DNA of 64,000 bases. Source: Patescibacteria group bacterium. GTDB taxonomy: Bacteria; Patescibacteriota; Patescibacteriia; UBA9934. The notes beneath the pieces were generated by a model that ran no database searches, was not told the origin of the DNA, and worked only from the letters and a program-made list of their open reading frames with translations. This document shows, in pieces, positions 49,292-58,188 of the stretch. The stretch is taken from the NCBI GenBank assembly GCA_041666205.1, contig JBAYHI010000003.1, positions 13,215 through 77,214 of the forward strand, written 5' to 3'. A program made the translations under genes and the position numbers. Every line of letters starts with the position of its first letter. Position 1 is the first letter of the stretch.

Positions 49292-49621
49292 CTAGTAGTT
49301 GTGGCCGAACGTTCGGCATCGGCGCATGGCGCCTTTGGCCCCGCGCCGGCGCGGGGAGAACCCGCACGCGTGGACGCGTTCGTCCGTCTCCACCGGCACC
49401 ATGAGCGCGGTGCCACCGTCGTCGGTCGAGACAAACTCGCCGACCACGGTCCCGGGGTTGGGAATTCGCGTGGCCCGCAGGCCGGGACGGAACTTCCCGT
49501 CGCCCTCCGGGATCATTGGCGTGAAATCCGACGCCGAGGTTTCCCCCGGCGCTTCGTACGTGGCGTCGACGGGGTTGCCGTCGGCGTCCGTGGCCTCGAT
49601 TCGAACGGTCTTCGTGGGCAC
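49292..49621 (-). CDS. Orphan hypothetical protein (109 aa, GC-rich, GTG start)
   Basis: AAGGAGG SD upstream of GTG; strong GC3 bias. Confidence 0.7.
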   Translation of the reverse strand: MPTKTVRIEATDADGNPVDATYEAPGETSASDFTPMIPEGDGKFRPGLRATRIPNPGTVVGEFVSTDDGGTALMVPVETDERVHACGFSPRRRGAKGAMRRCRTFGHNY

Positions 49622-49938
49622 GGGCCCCTCCTTCGATGGTTAAGTTATGCGCACAAGCCTGGAGGTGAGTGCTACGCCAAAGCGTAGCGGCTCAGCACTC
49701 GTCTGAGCTATAACAGTGATTGCCGAAGCAATATGCTATACGGCACCCGGGTGTGTGCAGAAAGCAAGCCGGAGCCTGGTTCAAGCACTTGGGTACCAAG
49801 TCATTGTGTTATCGTCAGACGGAAATCCGACGACCAAAAACCCTACCTCCTCTCCCCCAGAGTTATGCGCACAAGTTGTAAAGATCACATCGAAGTTCAC
49901 AAATTTTTTGAACTTTGACGTGACCGCGAGATTTTTGA

Positions 49939-50451
49939 TTACTCGCTGGTAAGTTGGAATCCATTGGCGCGAAATCGTTCGCGTATGGCTTCCAGTTGCT
50001 CCGGGTATTTCTCCTTCATTTCCCGAAGCAGACGCTGTGCCGCCTCGTTGTAGGTTTCCATCCGAACCGTGTCTGGCGGTTCGAGGTGGATCCACAAGGG
50101 GACGGAGTCGAGATAAAAAGCGATTTCCGATAGCAGATAAGCTCTGCTGTCATATCGGGCACGAATACTCATCTCCTTGATTGAAATGCCCTTAGCTTTT
50201 TCTGGAAGCTGAATGGCAACCAATATGAAGATGATTCCCCATGCTCGACGTTCGGACATTGAAGTTTGTTTGAAGATCTCGACAAGGGTATCGATCATGA
50301 GCTTCTGAACCACGGATGCCTGAGGTGACACGAGTTTTTCAAGCTTTGTGCCCTGCATCATAATGAAATGAAGCATTCTAGCACGAAGATTAAAATCGCG
50401 TCTTTTCTGGAACCTCTCGAGGTCCCGTTGTATACGTTTTTTTATATCCAA
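49939..50451 (-). CDS. Orphan hypothetical protein (about 170 aa, TTG start)
   Basis: TTGACA-17-TATTAT promoter (50483-50511), AAAGGA SD; the longer ORF upstream merely reads through REPs. Confidence 0.65.
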   Translation of the reverse strand: MDIKKRIQRDLERFQKRRDFNLRARMLHFIMMQGTKLEKLVSPQASVVQKLMIDTLVEIFKQTSMSERRAWGIIFILVAIQLPEKAKGISIKEMSIRARYDSRAYLLSEIAFYLDSVPLWIHLEPPDTVRMETYNEAAQRLLREMKEKYPEQLEAIRERFRANGFQLTSE

Positions 50452-50560
50452 GACGGTTTTTTCCTTTGAAAAAGAACCGGGAATAATAGCAGAAAAATAG
50501 CGATTTGTCAAGCCATACCAAGGCAATTTTTGGCGAAAATTGCGTGAATTGTGACGAATT

Positions 50561-50701
50561 GGGCAGGTCGCAGACCTGCCCGTACGGAATCGAATCCGCG
50601 TAGGGGCGGCCCAATGTGGCCGCCCCTTGGTAATATGATTCGAATCGAGGATGAAGCAATCAAATCGAGAATGACGGGCAGACGCTTGGGTCTGCCCGTA
50701 C
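50561..50701. repeat. Cluster of three REPs at right edge of orphan island
   Basis: 50561-50585, 50600-50625 (identical to REPs inside RAYT), 50676-50701. Confidence 0.8.
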
Positions 50702-51007
50702 AGATTTGGATCTGCTGGAGTGTGGCCACGCAATTCCTGTCCTTCCGCCGGATTCCTCTTTGACAATGCTCGAGCCGGCGAATCGAAAAAAACAGGCTAC
50801 CGAACACAGCCCGACCGGAAAAACATGCCTGCCCTGGACGGTTTGGTTCTTCAGATGTTTTTCCGGGCTGACCAATTGCGAGGTCAGGATGGGCTATAAG
50901 AAAACAGACCCTTTCTTTTCCCCCCTCTTTTCTTTGGGTCCAGCAAAGAAAAGAGGGGCCAGGGTTAAAGGGGCAGGATGCCCCTTATATGCTATAATCA
51001 CCTTGTT

Positions 51008-51904
51008 ATGACAGGGGATTTTAATGGCATTATTGGCCACCAGGCGCAAATTGAGTATTTGCGCAAAATTATTGCTGGCGAAAATGTGGCTCATGCCTAT
51101 TTATTCTCTGGCGCAGAGCGACTGGGGAAACGCACCATTGCTCGTGAATTTGCATCCATCATGCTCGGGATTGAGGAAAACGCCCTTGATACGCACCCCA
51201 ATTTCTATTTCGTGGATTATCCACTCGACGAAAAGACAGGCGAACCAAAACCCCACATCGATATCGATTCAATCCGTGATGCGCGAGAACGCATGCAACT
51301 TTCAACGTTTGACGGTGGGCGAAAAATCCTTCTCATTGATCACGCGGACAGCATGACGCTTGGCGCGCAGAATGCACTCTTGAAAACGCTCGAAGAACCA
51401 AGTGGCGATGCACTCATCATTTTGGTTGCCTGCATGCCCAAAATTCTTTTGCCAACGATTGTGTCTCGATCTGTTCACATTCGATTTGCTCCAGTTGCGT
51501 CGAAAATTATTTTGCAGTCGCTTGGCGACAAAGCACTTGCACTCAAAGAACTCGTCGAATCATTTGCCTATGGTCGTCCGGGAATTGCGCTGGAATTTTT
51601 AAACGATGAGCGTCGAGAGGAGATCGAATTGCAACGCAAGGATGCAAAAGCATTTTTTCGAGCGCCCCTTGCAAAACGATTTGGCATCATTGCAAGTCTT
51701 ACAAAGAAAAAAGAACGCAATGCCGTGCAGGAAGCGCTAAAAACCTGGCGCATGCAACTTCATGAAGATTTGGCTGAATCTCTTGGCACGCCAAGTGCAC
51801 TTCGCGTCGCAATTGCACTCAATGCGCTCGAAGAAGCCGATGAGTCGATTCGTCGCAACGGCAATGTCCCCCTTGCTTTAGAATATTTCGCAATTCATTT
51901 ATGA
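51008..51904 (+). CDS. holB: DNA polymerase III delta' subunit-like
   Basis: IIGHQ, HAYLFSG...GKRT, HPN, AQNALLKTLEEP, LLPTIVSR. Confidence 0.9.
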   Translation: MTGDFNGIIGHQAQIEYLRKIIAGENVAHAYLFSGAERLGKRTIAREFASIMLGIEENALDTHPNFYFVDYPLDEKTGEPKPHIDIDSIRDARERMQLSTFDGGRKILLIDHADSMTLGAQNALLKTLEEPSGDALIILVACMPKILLPTIVSRSVHIRFAPVASKIILQSLGDKALALKELVESFAYGRPGIALEFLNDERREEIELQRKDAKAFFRAPLAKRFGIIASLTKKKERNAVQEALKTWRMQLHEDLAESLGTPSALRVAIALNALEEADESIRRNGNVPLALEYFAIHL

Positions 51905-53013
51905 ATATGAACAATAAAAATGGCATAGGAAAGAGACCCTTCGCTATCGCTCAGGGTGACGGCATGCGGGTGACTTATTTTGTCGCGTCGCTTTGTGCGC
52001 TCATGCTCATTGGAGCGGGATGTCTCAACTCCACGGAAACTGCTACCAATGGCGGGCTTTGGAAAACTGCCGACGCGGGCGTGACCTGGTCACAGTTAGC
52101 CTCCCTCCCACAAACCAGTGGCGTTGGCTCGATTGGTGGCGTCAATGTGACCGCGCTCGAGATTGATCCAACCGATACGTCGGTGTTCTATCTTGGCACG
52201 GCACAAAACGGCATTTTCATTTCAACCGATTATGGAAGTTCATGGGCGCGACCAGAAGATAGCGATGCACGCGAAGGAGCGGTCGTGGATATTGAAGTGA
52301 GCCCATCGGATACGTGTACGCTTTTTGTCATGAAGACTGATCGAATTTTGAAATCAACCGATTGTGCACGATCGTTTGCAACGGTTTTTACAGAAACGCG
52401 CGAAGGCGAGGCGTTCACAACCATGGCCATGGACTGGTATAGCGCAAATACGATTTGGTCTGGCACTACGGCCGGGGACATCCAAAAGAGTCTGGACGGA
52501 GGCAAAAATTGGACCACAGTGTATCGCATTAAAGACGACGTGAGCGACATCATGGTGTTTAACGCCGATAGCCGCATTGTTTTGGTGGGAAGTTCGCGTA
52601 GCAGCGTTTATCGCACACAAGATAGCGGAGGCACGTGGACAGAACTTGAAGATACGTTTGAGGACTATACGAATTCCGACCGCGTGTACGGACTCGATCA
52701 AACCGCAAATGGCGGGAAAATTTTGCTCAATACCAAGTACGGACTTTTTGTTTCAAAAGATAAAGGCGTTACGTGGACTCCACTTTCGCTCATTACGTCG
52801 CCAGGGGAAGTGCGCATTTGGGGCGCTGCCATGCATCCAACAGACGGCGACATTATTTACTACGGAACGGGCGGAAATCTTTATCAGTCGCAAAATGGCG
52901 GGGAATCGTGGCTCACGGAAGAACTCCCATCCTCGCGTATGCCGTTCGTTCTCAAGGTTCACCCGGACTATTTGAATATCGTGCTGACGGGTTTTAATAG
53001 CGTTGAAGACTAA
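51901..53013 (+). CDS. Lipoprotein with BNR/Asp-box (YCF48/sortilin-like) beta-propeller
   Basis: Lipobox-like LIGAGC; repeated S/T-x-D-G-G-x-x-W Asp boxes. Confidence 0.85.
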   Translation: MNMNNKNGIGKRPFAIAQGDGMRVTYFVASLCALMLIGAGCLNSTETATNGGLWKTADAGVTWSQLASLPQTSGVGSIGGVNVTALEIDPTDTSVFYLGTAQNGIFISTDYGSSWARPEDSDAREGAVVDIEVSPSDTCTLFVMKTDRILKSTDCARSFATVFTETREGEAFTTMAMDWYSANTIWSGTTAGDIQKSLDGGKNWTTVYRIKDDVSDIMVFNADSRIVLVGSSRSSVYRTQDSGGTWTELEDTFEDYTNSDRVYGLDQTANGGKILLNTKYGLFVSKDKGVTWTPLSLITSPGEVRIWGAAMHPTDGDIIYYGTGGNLYQSQNGGESWLTEELPSSRMPFVLKVHPDYLNIVLTGFNSVED

Positions 53014-53052
53014 TTGACGTGAATCATCGCCATCTGTAACATACTATTCACT

Positions 53053-53595
53053 ATGAATTATTCCGTAGAAATTGCTCCGCTTTTGCAAAAGAATGTGGAG
53101 CATCTCCAGAAAGAATTAGGCACCCTTCGCACGGGCCGATCGTCCCCCGCACTTGTGGAGGATTTATCGGTTGAAGCATATGGTTCGCGCCAGCCCCTCA
53201 AGGCCTTGGCGAGTATTTCCACGCCCGACGCAAAAACAGTTCAAATTGAACCGTGGGACGCGAGCATGGTGAAAGCAATCGAAGTTGCGATTATGCAATC
53301 GTCCATTAATATTCCCCCAAACGTTGATGGAAAAATCATCCGCTTATTCATGCCCATGATGACCGAAGAAACGCGTCAGAAAATGGTGAAGGTCATGAAA
53401 GAAAAAATTGAAGAAGCGCGTGTTTCTGTACGAAAAGTACGCGAGGAATTCAAGAAAAAAATCGAAGCCGATGAATCCTTGAGCGAAGACATGACTCACG
53501 CCGAGCTCGAAACCCTTGATAAGAAAATCAAAGAAGTGAATGCAACGATCGACGACATTGGTAAGCGCAAAGAAGAAGAAATCATGAAAGTTTAA
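53053..53595 (+). CDS. frr: Ribosome recycling factor
   Basis: LRTGRSSP, VEAYG, IEPWD, EEARVSVRKVR, KEEEIM. Confidence 0.95.
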   Translation: MNYSVEIAPLLQKNVEHLQKELGTLRTGRSSPALVEDLSVEAYGSRQPLKALASISTPDAKTVQIEPWDASMVKAIEVAIMQSSINIPPNVDGKIIRLFMPMMTEETRQKMVKVMKEKIEEARVSVRKVREEFKKKIEADESLSEDMTHAELETLDKKIKEVNATIDDIGKRKEEEIMKV

Positions 53596-53597
53596 GT

Positions 53598-54914
53598 ATG
53601 GTAAGCATGGATACACTCGTGGCCTTATGTAAGTCACGCGGATTTATTTATCCGGGTTCAGATATTTATGGCGGTCTTGCCAACTCGTGGGACTACGGCC
53701 CGCTTGGCGTTGAACTGAAAAATAATATCAAGCAGGCCTGGTGGAAACGATTCGTGCAAGGGCGACTCGACATGGTAGGCATCGACGCCGCACTCATGAT
53801 GAATCCAAGCGTTTGGGAAGCGTCTGGTCACTTGGAGCATTTTACCGATCCATTGGTGGAGTGTCGTATTTGTCACGAGCGCTATCGCGCGGATCAAATT
53901 GATTTGCAAGCACCGTGTCAGAAATGTGGTGCAAAGGGTCAGCTCACGGATCCGGCATCATTCAACATGATGTTTAAAACGTTCATGGGTGCCAAAGAAG
54001 AAGGTGCGAACGTTGTGTATTTCCGACCAGAAACCGCGCAAGCGATGTTTGTGGATTTCCCACAGATTTTGCAAACCACACGCAAGCGCTTGCCATTTGG
54101 CGTTGCGCAAATTGGAAAAGCATTCCGCAATGAAATCACGCCTGGCAATTTCATTTTTCGTACGCGTGAATTTGAGCAAATGGAAATTGAATACTTCGTG
54201 AAACCCGATGCGTGGAAAGAAACGTTTGAGATGTGGCTCCAGGAAATGCATGGGTGGCTTGCGTTTTGCGGCATCAAAGAAACCGAAGCGCACGACTACG
54301 AACAGAAACCCGAAGAGCGCGCGCATTATTCCGATCGCACCGTGGACATTGAATACGATTATCCATTTGGTCGAAAGGAATTGTACGGACTTGCGTATCG
54401 CACCGACCATGATTTGCAATTGCATGCCAAACATTCAGGTGCGGACATGAACTATACCGATCCGACAACGGGCGAAAAAGTTGTCCCGCATGTGATTGAG
54501 CCATCGTTTGGTGTTGATCGAACCTTACTTGCGGTGCTTTTATCTGCCTACACCGAAGAAGAAGTGCCAACCGGCGACGGTGGTGTTGATAAACGTGTGG
54601 TTTTGAAAATCCCATCAGCGCTTGCGCCAATCAAAGTTGCCATTCTTCCGCTCTCGAAGAAACCGGAATTGCAGGGGCCAGCAACCGAGATTGCAAAAAC
54701 ACTCGCAAAGCATTGGCGGGTTGAGTATGACGAAACGCAATCCATTGGAAAGCGTTATCGCCGACAAGATGAGATTGGGACGCCGTATTGCATTACGGTT
54801 GATTTTGAAACGCTAAACGATCAGGCAGTCACGGTTCGTGATCGCGATACCATGAAGCAAGAACGAATTGCCATTGGAGAGCTGGAGGGCTATTTCCGAA
54901 CTCACTTAATTTAA
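53598..54914 (+). CDS. glyQS: Glycine--tRNA ligase, homodimeric type
   Basis: RGF...IYGG, WDYGPLG, RPETAQ, FRNEITP, FRTREFEQME, HVIEPSFG, YRRQDEIGTP. Confidence 0.96.
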   Translation: MVSMDTLVALCKSRGFIYPGSDIYGGLANSWDYGPLGVELKNNIKQAWWKRFVQGRLDMVGIDAALMMNPSVWEASGHLEHFTDPLVECRICHERYRADQIDLQAPCQKCGAKGQLTDPASFNMMFKTFMGAKEEGANVVYFRPETAQAMFVDFPQILQTTRKRLPFGVAQIGKAFRNEITPGNFIFRTREFEQMEIEYFVKPDAWKETFEMWLQEMHGWLAFCGIKETEAHDYEQKPEERAHYSDRTVDIEYDYPFGRKELYGLAYRTDHDLQLHAKHSGADMNYTDPTTGEKVVPHVIEPSFGVDRTLLAVLLSAYTEEEVPTGDGGVDKRVVLKIPSALAPIKVAILPLSKKPELQGPATEIAKTLAKHWRVEYDETQSIGKRYRRQDEIGTPYCITVDFETLNDQAVTVRDRDTMKQERIAIGELEGYFRTHLI

Positions 54915-54917
54915 TCT

Positions 54918-56201
54918 ATGTTGGAACCGAAGAAACTTAAAAACGGGATGCGCGTTCATCTCGTGCCTGTGCTTGGAACAACCGCCACCACCGTCATGGT
55001 CTTGGTTGACGTGGGATCGCGTCGTGAACCCGATGAGGTTTGGGGCGGCGCGCATTTTTTGGAACATTTGTGCTTCAAGGGCACAAAGAAATATCCAAAG
55101 ACTAAAGACATTTCTTCGCTCTTGGATCGCTACGGCGCGCAATACAATGCGTTCACCGGAAAAGATCTCACGGCCTATTATGTGAAAATCGAAGGCGGTA
55201 AAACAAAAATCGCAATTGATTTGCTCTACGAAATGCTTTTCCAGTCCCTGCATCGTCCAAAAGATTTGGAGCAAGAGCGCAAAGTCATTTTGGAAGAATT
55301 CAAAATGTATGAGGAAAATCCACTCATGCACGTGGACGATTTGCTTGAACGCGCTCTGTATCGTGGCACACGCCTTGGCAAAGACATTATTGGAAGCAAA
55401 AAATCGCTCGCCAGCATGACGCGCGCAGATTTATTGAAATTCCGCGCCGCACATTATGAGCCGTCGCAGATGGTTGTGGTCGTGGCAGGGGCAATTCCAG
55501 AAACGATTATGAAAACGCTCGAAGGATCCTTTGGAAAAGTCGCCACGGGGAAAAATGAAACGAAAAAAGAAGAATTAACGCTTGAAACATACGGCACGTC
55601 TTCAGAACCACGCATTGAGCGTCAATATAAAAAATTGGAACAAATTCAGGTGGGGATTGCGTATCCAACATTTGGGCGAGACCACAAAGACAGTGCGGCG
55701 CTTGGAATGCTCTCGTATATTTTGGGTGGCTCCATGAGTTCACGCTTATTCTTGGAAGTGCGTGAGCGCCATGGGCTTTGCTATTTTGTGCGTGCTGAAG
55801 CCGATGGATTCAAAGATATCGGAAGTTTCACCATTCGCGCAGGACTCGATGCTGCGCGGTTGCCCGAGGCACTCAAGGTGATTTTTGCTGAAGTCGAAAA
55901 GATTAAATCAAAAGGGGTGAGCGCAGAGGAACTCGCGTTTGCCAAAGATCACATTGCAGGCGCCACAAAGCTCGCATTTGAAGATTCATTTGCGCAGGCT
56001 GAATTTGTGGGTCGACAAGAAATCATGCTCGGCGACGTGAAAACCATTGAAGAGAAACTCAAAAAAATTCGTGCAGTCACGAAAGAAGATGTCAAGCGCG
56101 TGGCAAAACTCATCCTCACGCCGGAGCGGATGTCGCTTGCGGTGGTCGGCCCCTATAAAACCGACGCAGCTTTGCGCGAGGCATTACCCGTGATAAAGTA
56201 A
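54918..56201 (+). CDS. M16 family zinc peptidase
   Basis: HFLEH (HxxEH), NAFT, LGGSMSSRLF.EVRE..GLCY. Confidence 0.93.
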   Translation: MLEPKKLKNGMRVHLVPVLGTTATTVMVLVDVGSRREPDEVWGGAHFLEHLCFKGTKKYPKTKDISSLLDRYGAQYNAFTGKDLTAYYVKIEGGKTKIAIDLLYEMLFQSLHRPKDLEQERKVILEEFKMYEENPLMHVDDLLERALYRGTRLGKDIIGSKKSLASMTRADLLKFRAAHYEPSQMVVVVAGAIPETIMKTLEGSFGKVATGKNETKKEELTLETYGTSSEPRIERQYKKLEQIQVGIAYPTFGRDHKDSAALGMLSYILGGSMSSRLFLEVRERHGLCYFVRAEADGFKDIGSFTIRAGLDAARLPEALKVIFAEVEKIKSKGVSAEELAFAKDHIAGATKLAFEDSFAQAEFVGRQEIMLGDVKTIEEKLKKIRAVTKEDVKRVAKLILTPERMSLAVVGPYKTDAALREALPVIK

Positions 56202-56207
56202 AGACGT

Positions 56208-56978
56208 ATGAAAACCATCGTTGGCAATTGGAAAATGCACCTGGGAATCCGGGAAAGTGTTGCCTTGGCCCGCGGGGTTGTGCGTCATTTGCGAGGGAAG
56301 CTTGAAACGCCCGATTTGGTGCTGTGTCCGTCGTTTACTTCGCTTTCGGAAGTGCATAAAGTGCTTGCGCGCAGTCGTGTGAGTTTGGGGGCGCAAGACG
56401 TCGGGTTTGATCGCACCGGGCCGTATACCGGCGCTATTTCTGCGGCCATGCTCCAGGATGTTGGGTGTGGGTATGTGATCATTGGTCACACGGAACGACG
56501 ACGATTTTTTGGGGAAACCGATCAGATGATTGAAAAAAAGATTTCCACCATCGACGACTCGAAGTTAACGCCCATTGTCTGTATTGGGGAGTCGTTCACA
56601 AAAAATCCAGCAGATGCGCAGCAAGAAATTCTAAGGCAACTCGATGTCTTCCAGGGATTTGATTTGCCACGCGGTCGCAAGCTCTATATTGCCTATGAAC
56701 CGGTTTGGTCGGTTGGCACGGGGAAGCCGGCTGATGTTGGCGCAGCAGTTGAAATAATCGGGCTGATTCGTGACACCATGGCATCGCGATTCGGTCTCAA
56801 GAGCCCACAGTTGCGAGTGCTCTATGGTGGTTCGATTGATCCGAAAAACGCCTATCAGTTTTTGCGTGAGGCACAAATTGATGGATTGATGGTTGGGGCG
56901 GAAAGTATTAAATTGCAATCGTTTGAAAAAATTATCGATGCAGCAATCGATGTTATGAATGCGCAAGCAAAATTGTAG
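56208..56978 (+). CDS. tpiA: Triosephosphate isomerase
   Basis: GNWKM, IGHTERR, IAYEPVW, LYGGS. Confidence 0.95.
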   Translation: MKTIVGNWKMHLGIRESVALARGVVRHLRGKLETPDLVLCPSFTSLSEVHKVLARSRVSLGAQDVGFDRTGPYTGAISAAMLQDVGCGYVIIGHTERRRFFGETDQMIEKKISTIDDSKLTPIVCIGESFTKNPADAQQEILRQLDVFQGFDLPRGRKLYIAYEPVWSVGTGKPADVGAAVEIIGLIRDTMASRFGLKSPQLRVLYGGSIDPKNAYQFLREAQIDGLMVGAESIKLQSFEKIIDAAIDVMNAQAKL

Positions 56979-56980
56979 CT

Positions 56981-57796
56981 ATGTGGCTCACGATTCTTCT
57001 CACCGTTTTGATTGTTGCGGCACTTGGCGTGCTTATTTATTTGATGTGGAAAAAATGGCCACAGCTTCGGATGATTGATCCGGCTGCAGCCCCTGGGTCA
57101 AAAACACGCGAACTAAAAGGCGATTTGATTCGTCAGCGTGTTGAGCGTGCATCGTTTGAAAAACTGATGGGGGTGTGGCGCACCTATCTTCGCCCTGCGC
57201 TTTCCGCAACGCAAAATGGCATTCGCCGTCTTGCCGGGCGACTCACCGCAGCAGAACGTCGCTATCAGGAGCGCATGAAAAAAGATCGAGGTGAAAAGCC
57301 AACGACCACGGCCATGCGTCAGATGATTGAGGAATCGGAAAAATTGATGGATGAAGAACTGTGGGATCGAGCGGAAAAAATTCTCATTGAGGTGATTTCT
57401 GCCGATCCAAAGCATGTGTCTGCATATGAACATTTGGGATGGCTCTACCTGCGCAAAAAAGAATATGATTTGGCACGGGAGACATTCACGTTTTTGCGCA
57501 AACTTGCGCCAACCGATGCGAGTGTGATTGCAAGTCTTGGCGAAGTAGAAGAATTGCAAAACCATCCGCGCGAAGCCTACGAGGCGTATAAGCAGGCTGT
57601 GGACTTGAGTCCCAAGAATCCGAAATATCTTGATTTCTTCATTGGCGCCGCAATTGCGGTTGGGGAAAAACATGAGGCCATGAGTGCGGTTGACCGCTTG
57701 CGTGCCGTGAATCCGGAGAATCAAAAGATCGAGGAATTTGAAGCACAGATTGCAGAACTTCCGGGGATCGCAAAAAAAGAAGAAATTGCAGAATAA
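56981..57796 (+). CDS. Membrane-anchored TPR protein
   Basis: N-terminal TM; TPR-like repeats (AYEHLGWLY, AYKQAVDLSPKNPKY). Confidence 0.8.
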   Translation: MWLTILLTVLIVAALGVLIYLMWKKWPQLRMIDPAAAPGSKTRELKGDLIRQRVERASFEKLMGVWRTYLRPALSATQNGIRRLAGRLTAAERRYQERMKKDRGEKPTTTAMRQMIEESEKLMDEELWDRAEKILIEVISADPKHVSAYEHLGWLYLRKKEYDLARETFTFLRKLAPTDASVIASLGEVEELQNHPREAYEAYKQAVDLSPKNPKYLDFFIGAAIAVGEKHEAMSAVDRLRAVNPENQKIEEFEAQIAELPGIAKKEEIAE

Positions 57797-57871
57797 AAAA
57801 ACCTCGGGGCAAGGCCTCGAGGTTTTTGATTTTACCCTCCGTAGCTCTGTTGTGGCAGAGCGAAGGACGGG

Positions 57872-58027
57872 TTACTTTGTTTCTTTGTGACCGGTATGGG
57901 CTTTGCATTGCTTGCAGAACTTTTGGAGTTCCAAGCGAGTTTTGAGGGTTTTGACGTTTTTGTGCACGCGGTAATTCACGGTTTTGCACGTCGTACACTC
58001 CAATTTGATCATGTTGTCTTGTGACAT
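57872..58027 (-). CDS. rpmG: 50S ribosomal protein L33 (zinc-binding CxxC form)
   Basis: IKLECTTC..NY...RLELQKFCKQC..HT.HKE; promoter TTGACA-17-TACACT at 58049-58077. Confidence 0.95.
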   Translation of the reverse strand: MSQDNMIKLECTTCKTVNYRVHKNVKTLKTRLELQKFCKQCKAHTGHKETK

Positions 58028-58188
58028 AGGGATTGTTTGAATGGGGGAAGTGTACGTAATCGCGGCAGTTTTGTCAATTCCCGCAGGGGCTTGGATTGAC
58101 AAATCGCCATTTTTTTGATAGTTTTTTCGGTTCCTCGAGTGAGGACAACAGGTCATTCCCACTAGATTTTTCTCCGCGGAGGTTTGAA

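Noticed and set aside
50452-50766. N-terminal extension of the 275-aa ORF sharing GRPHWAAPT with RAYT
   Set aside because: The shared peptide is a translated REP; a promoter and SD place the start at 50451
46657-50980. Prophage or integron interpretation of the island
   Set aside because: No integrase, structural or replication genes, and no recognisable attC R-box pattern
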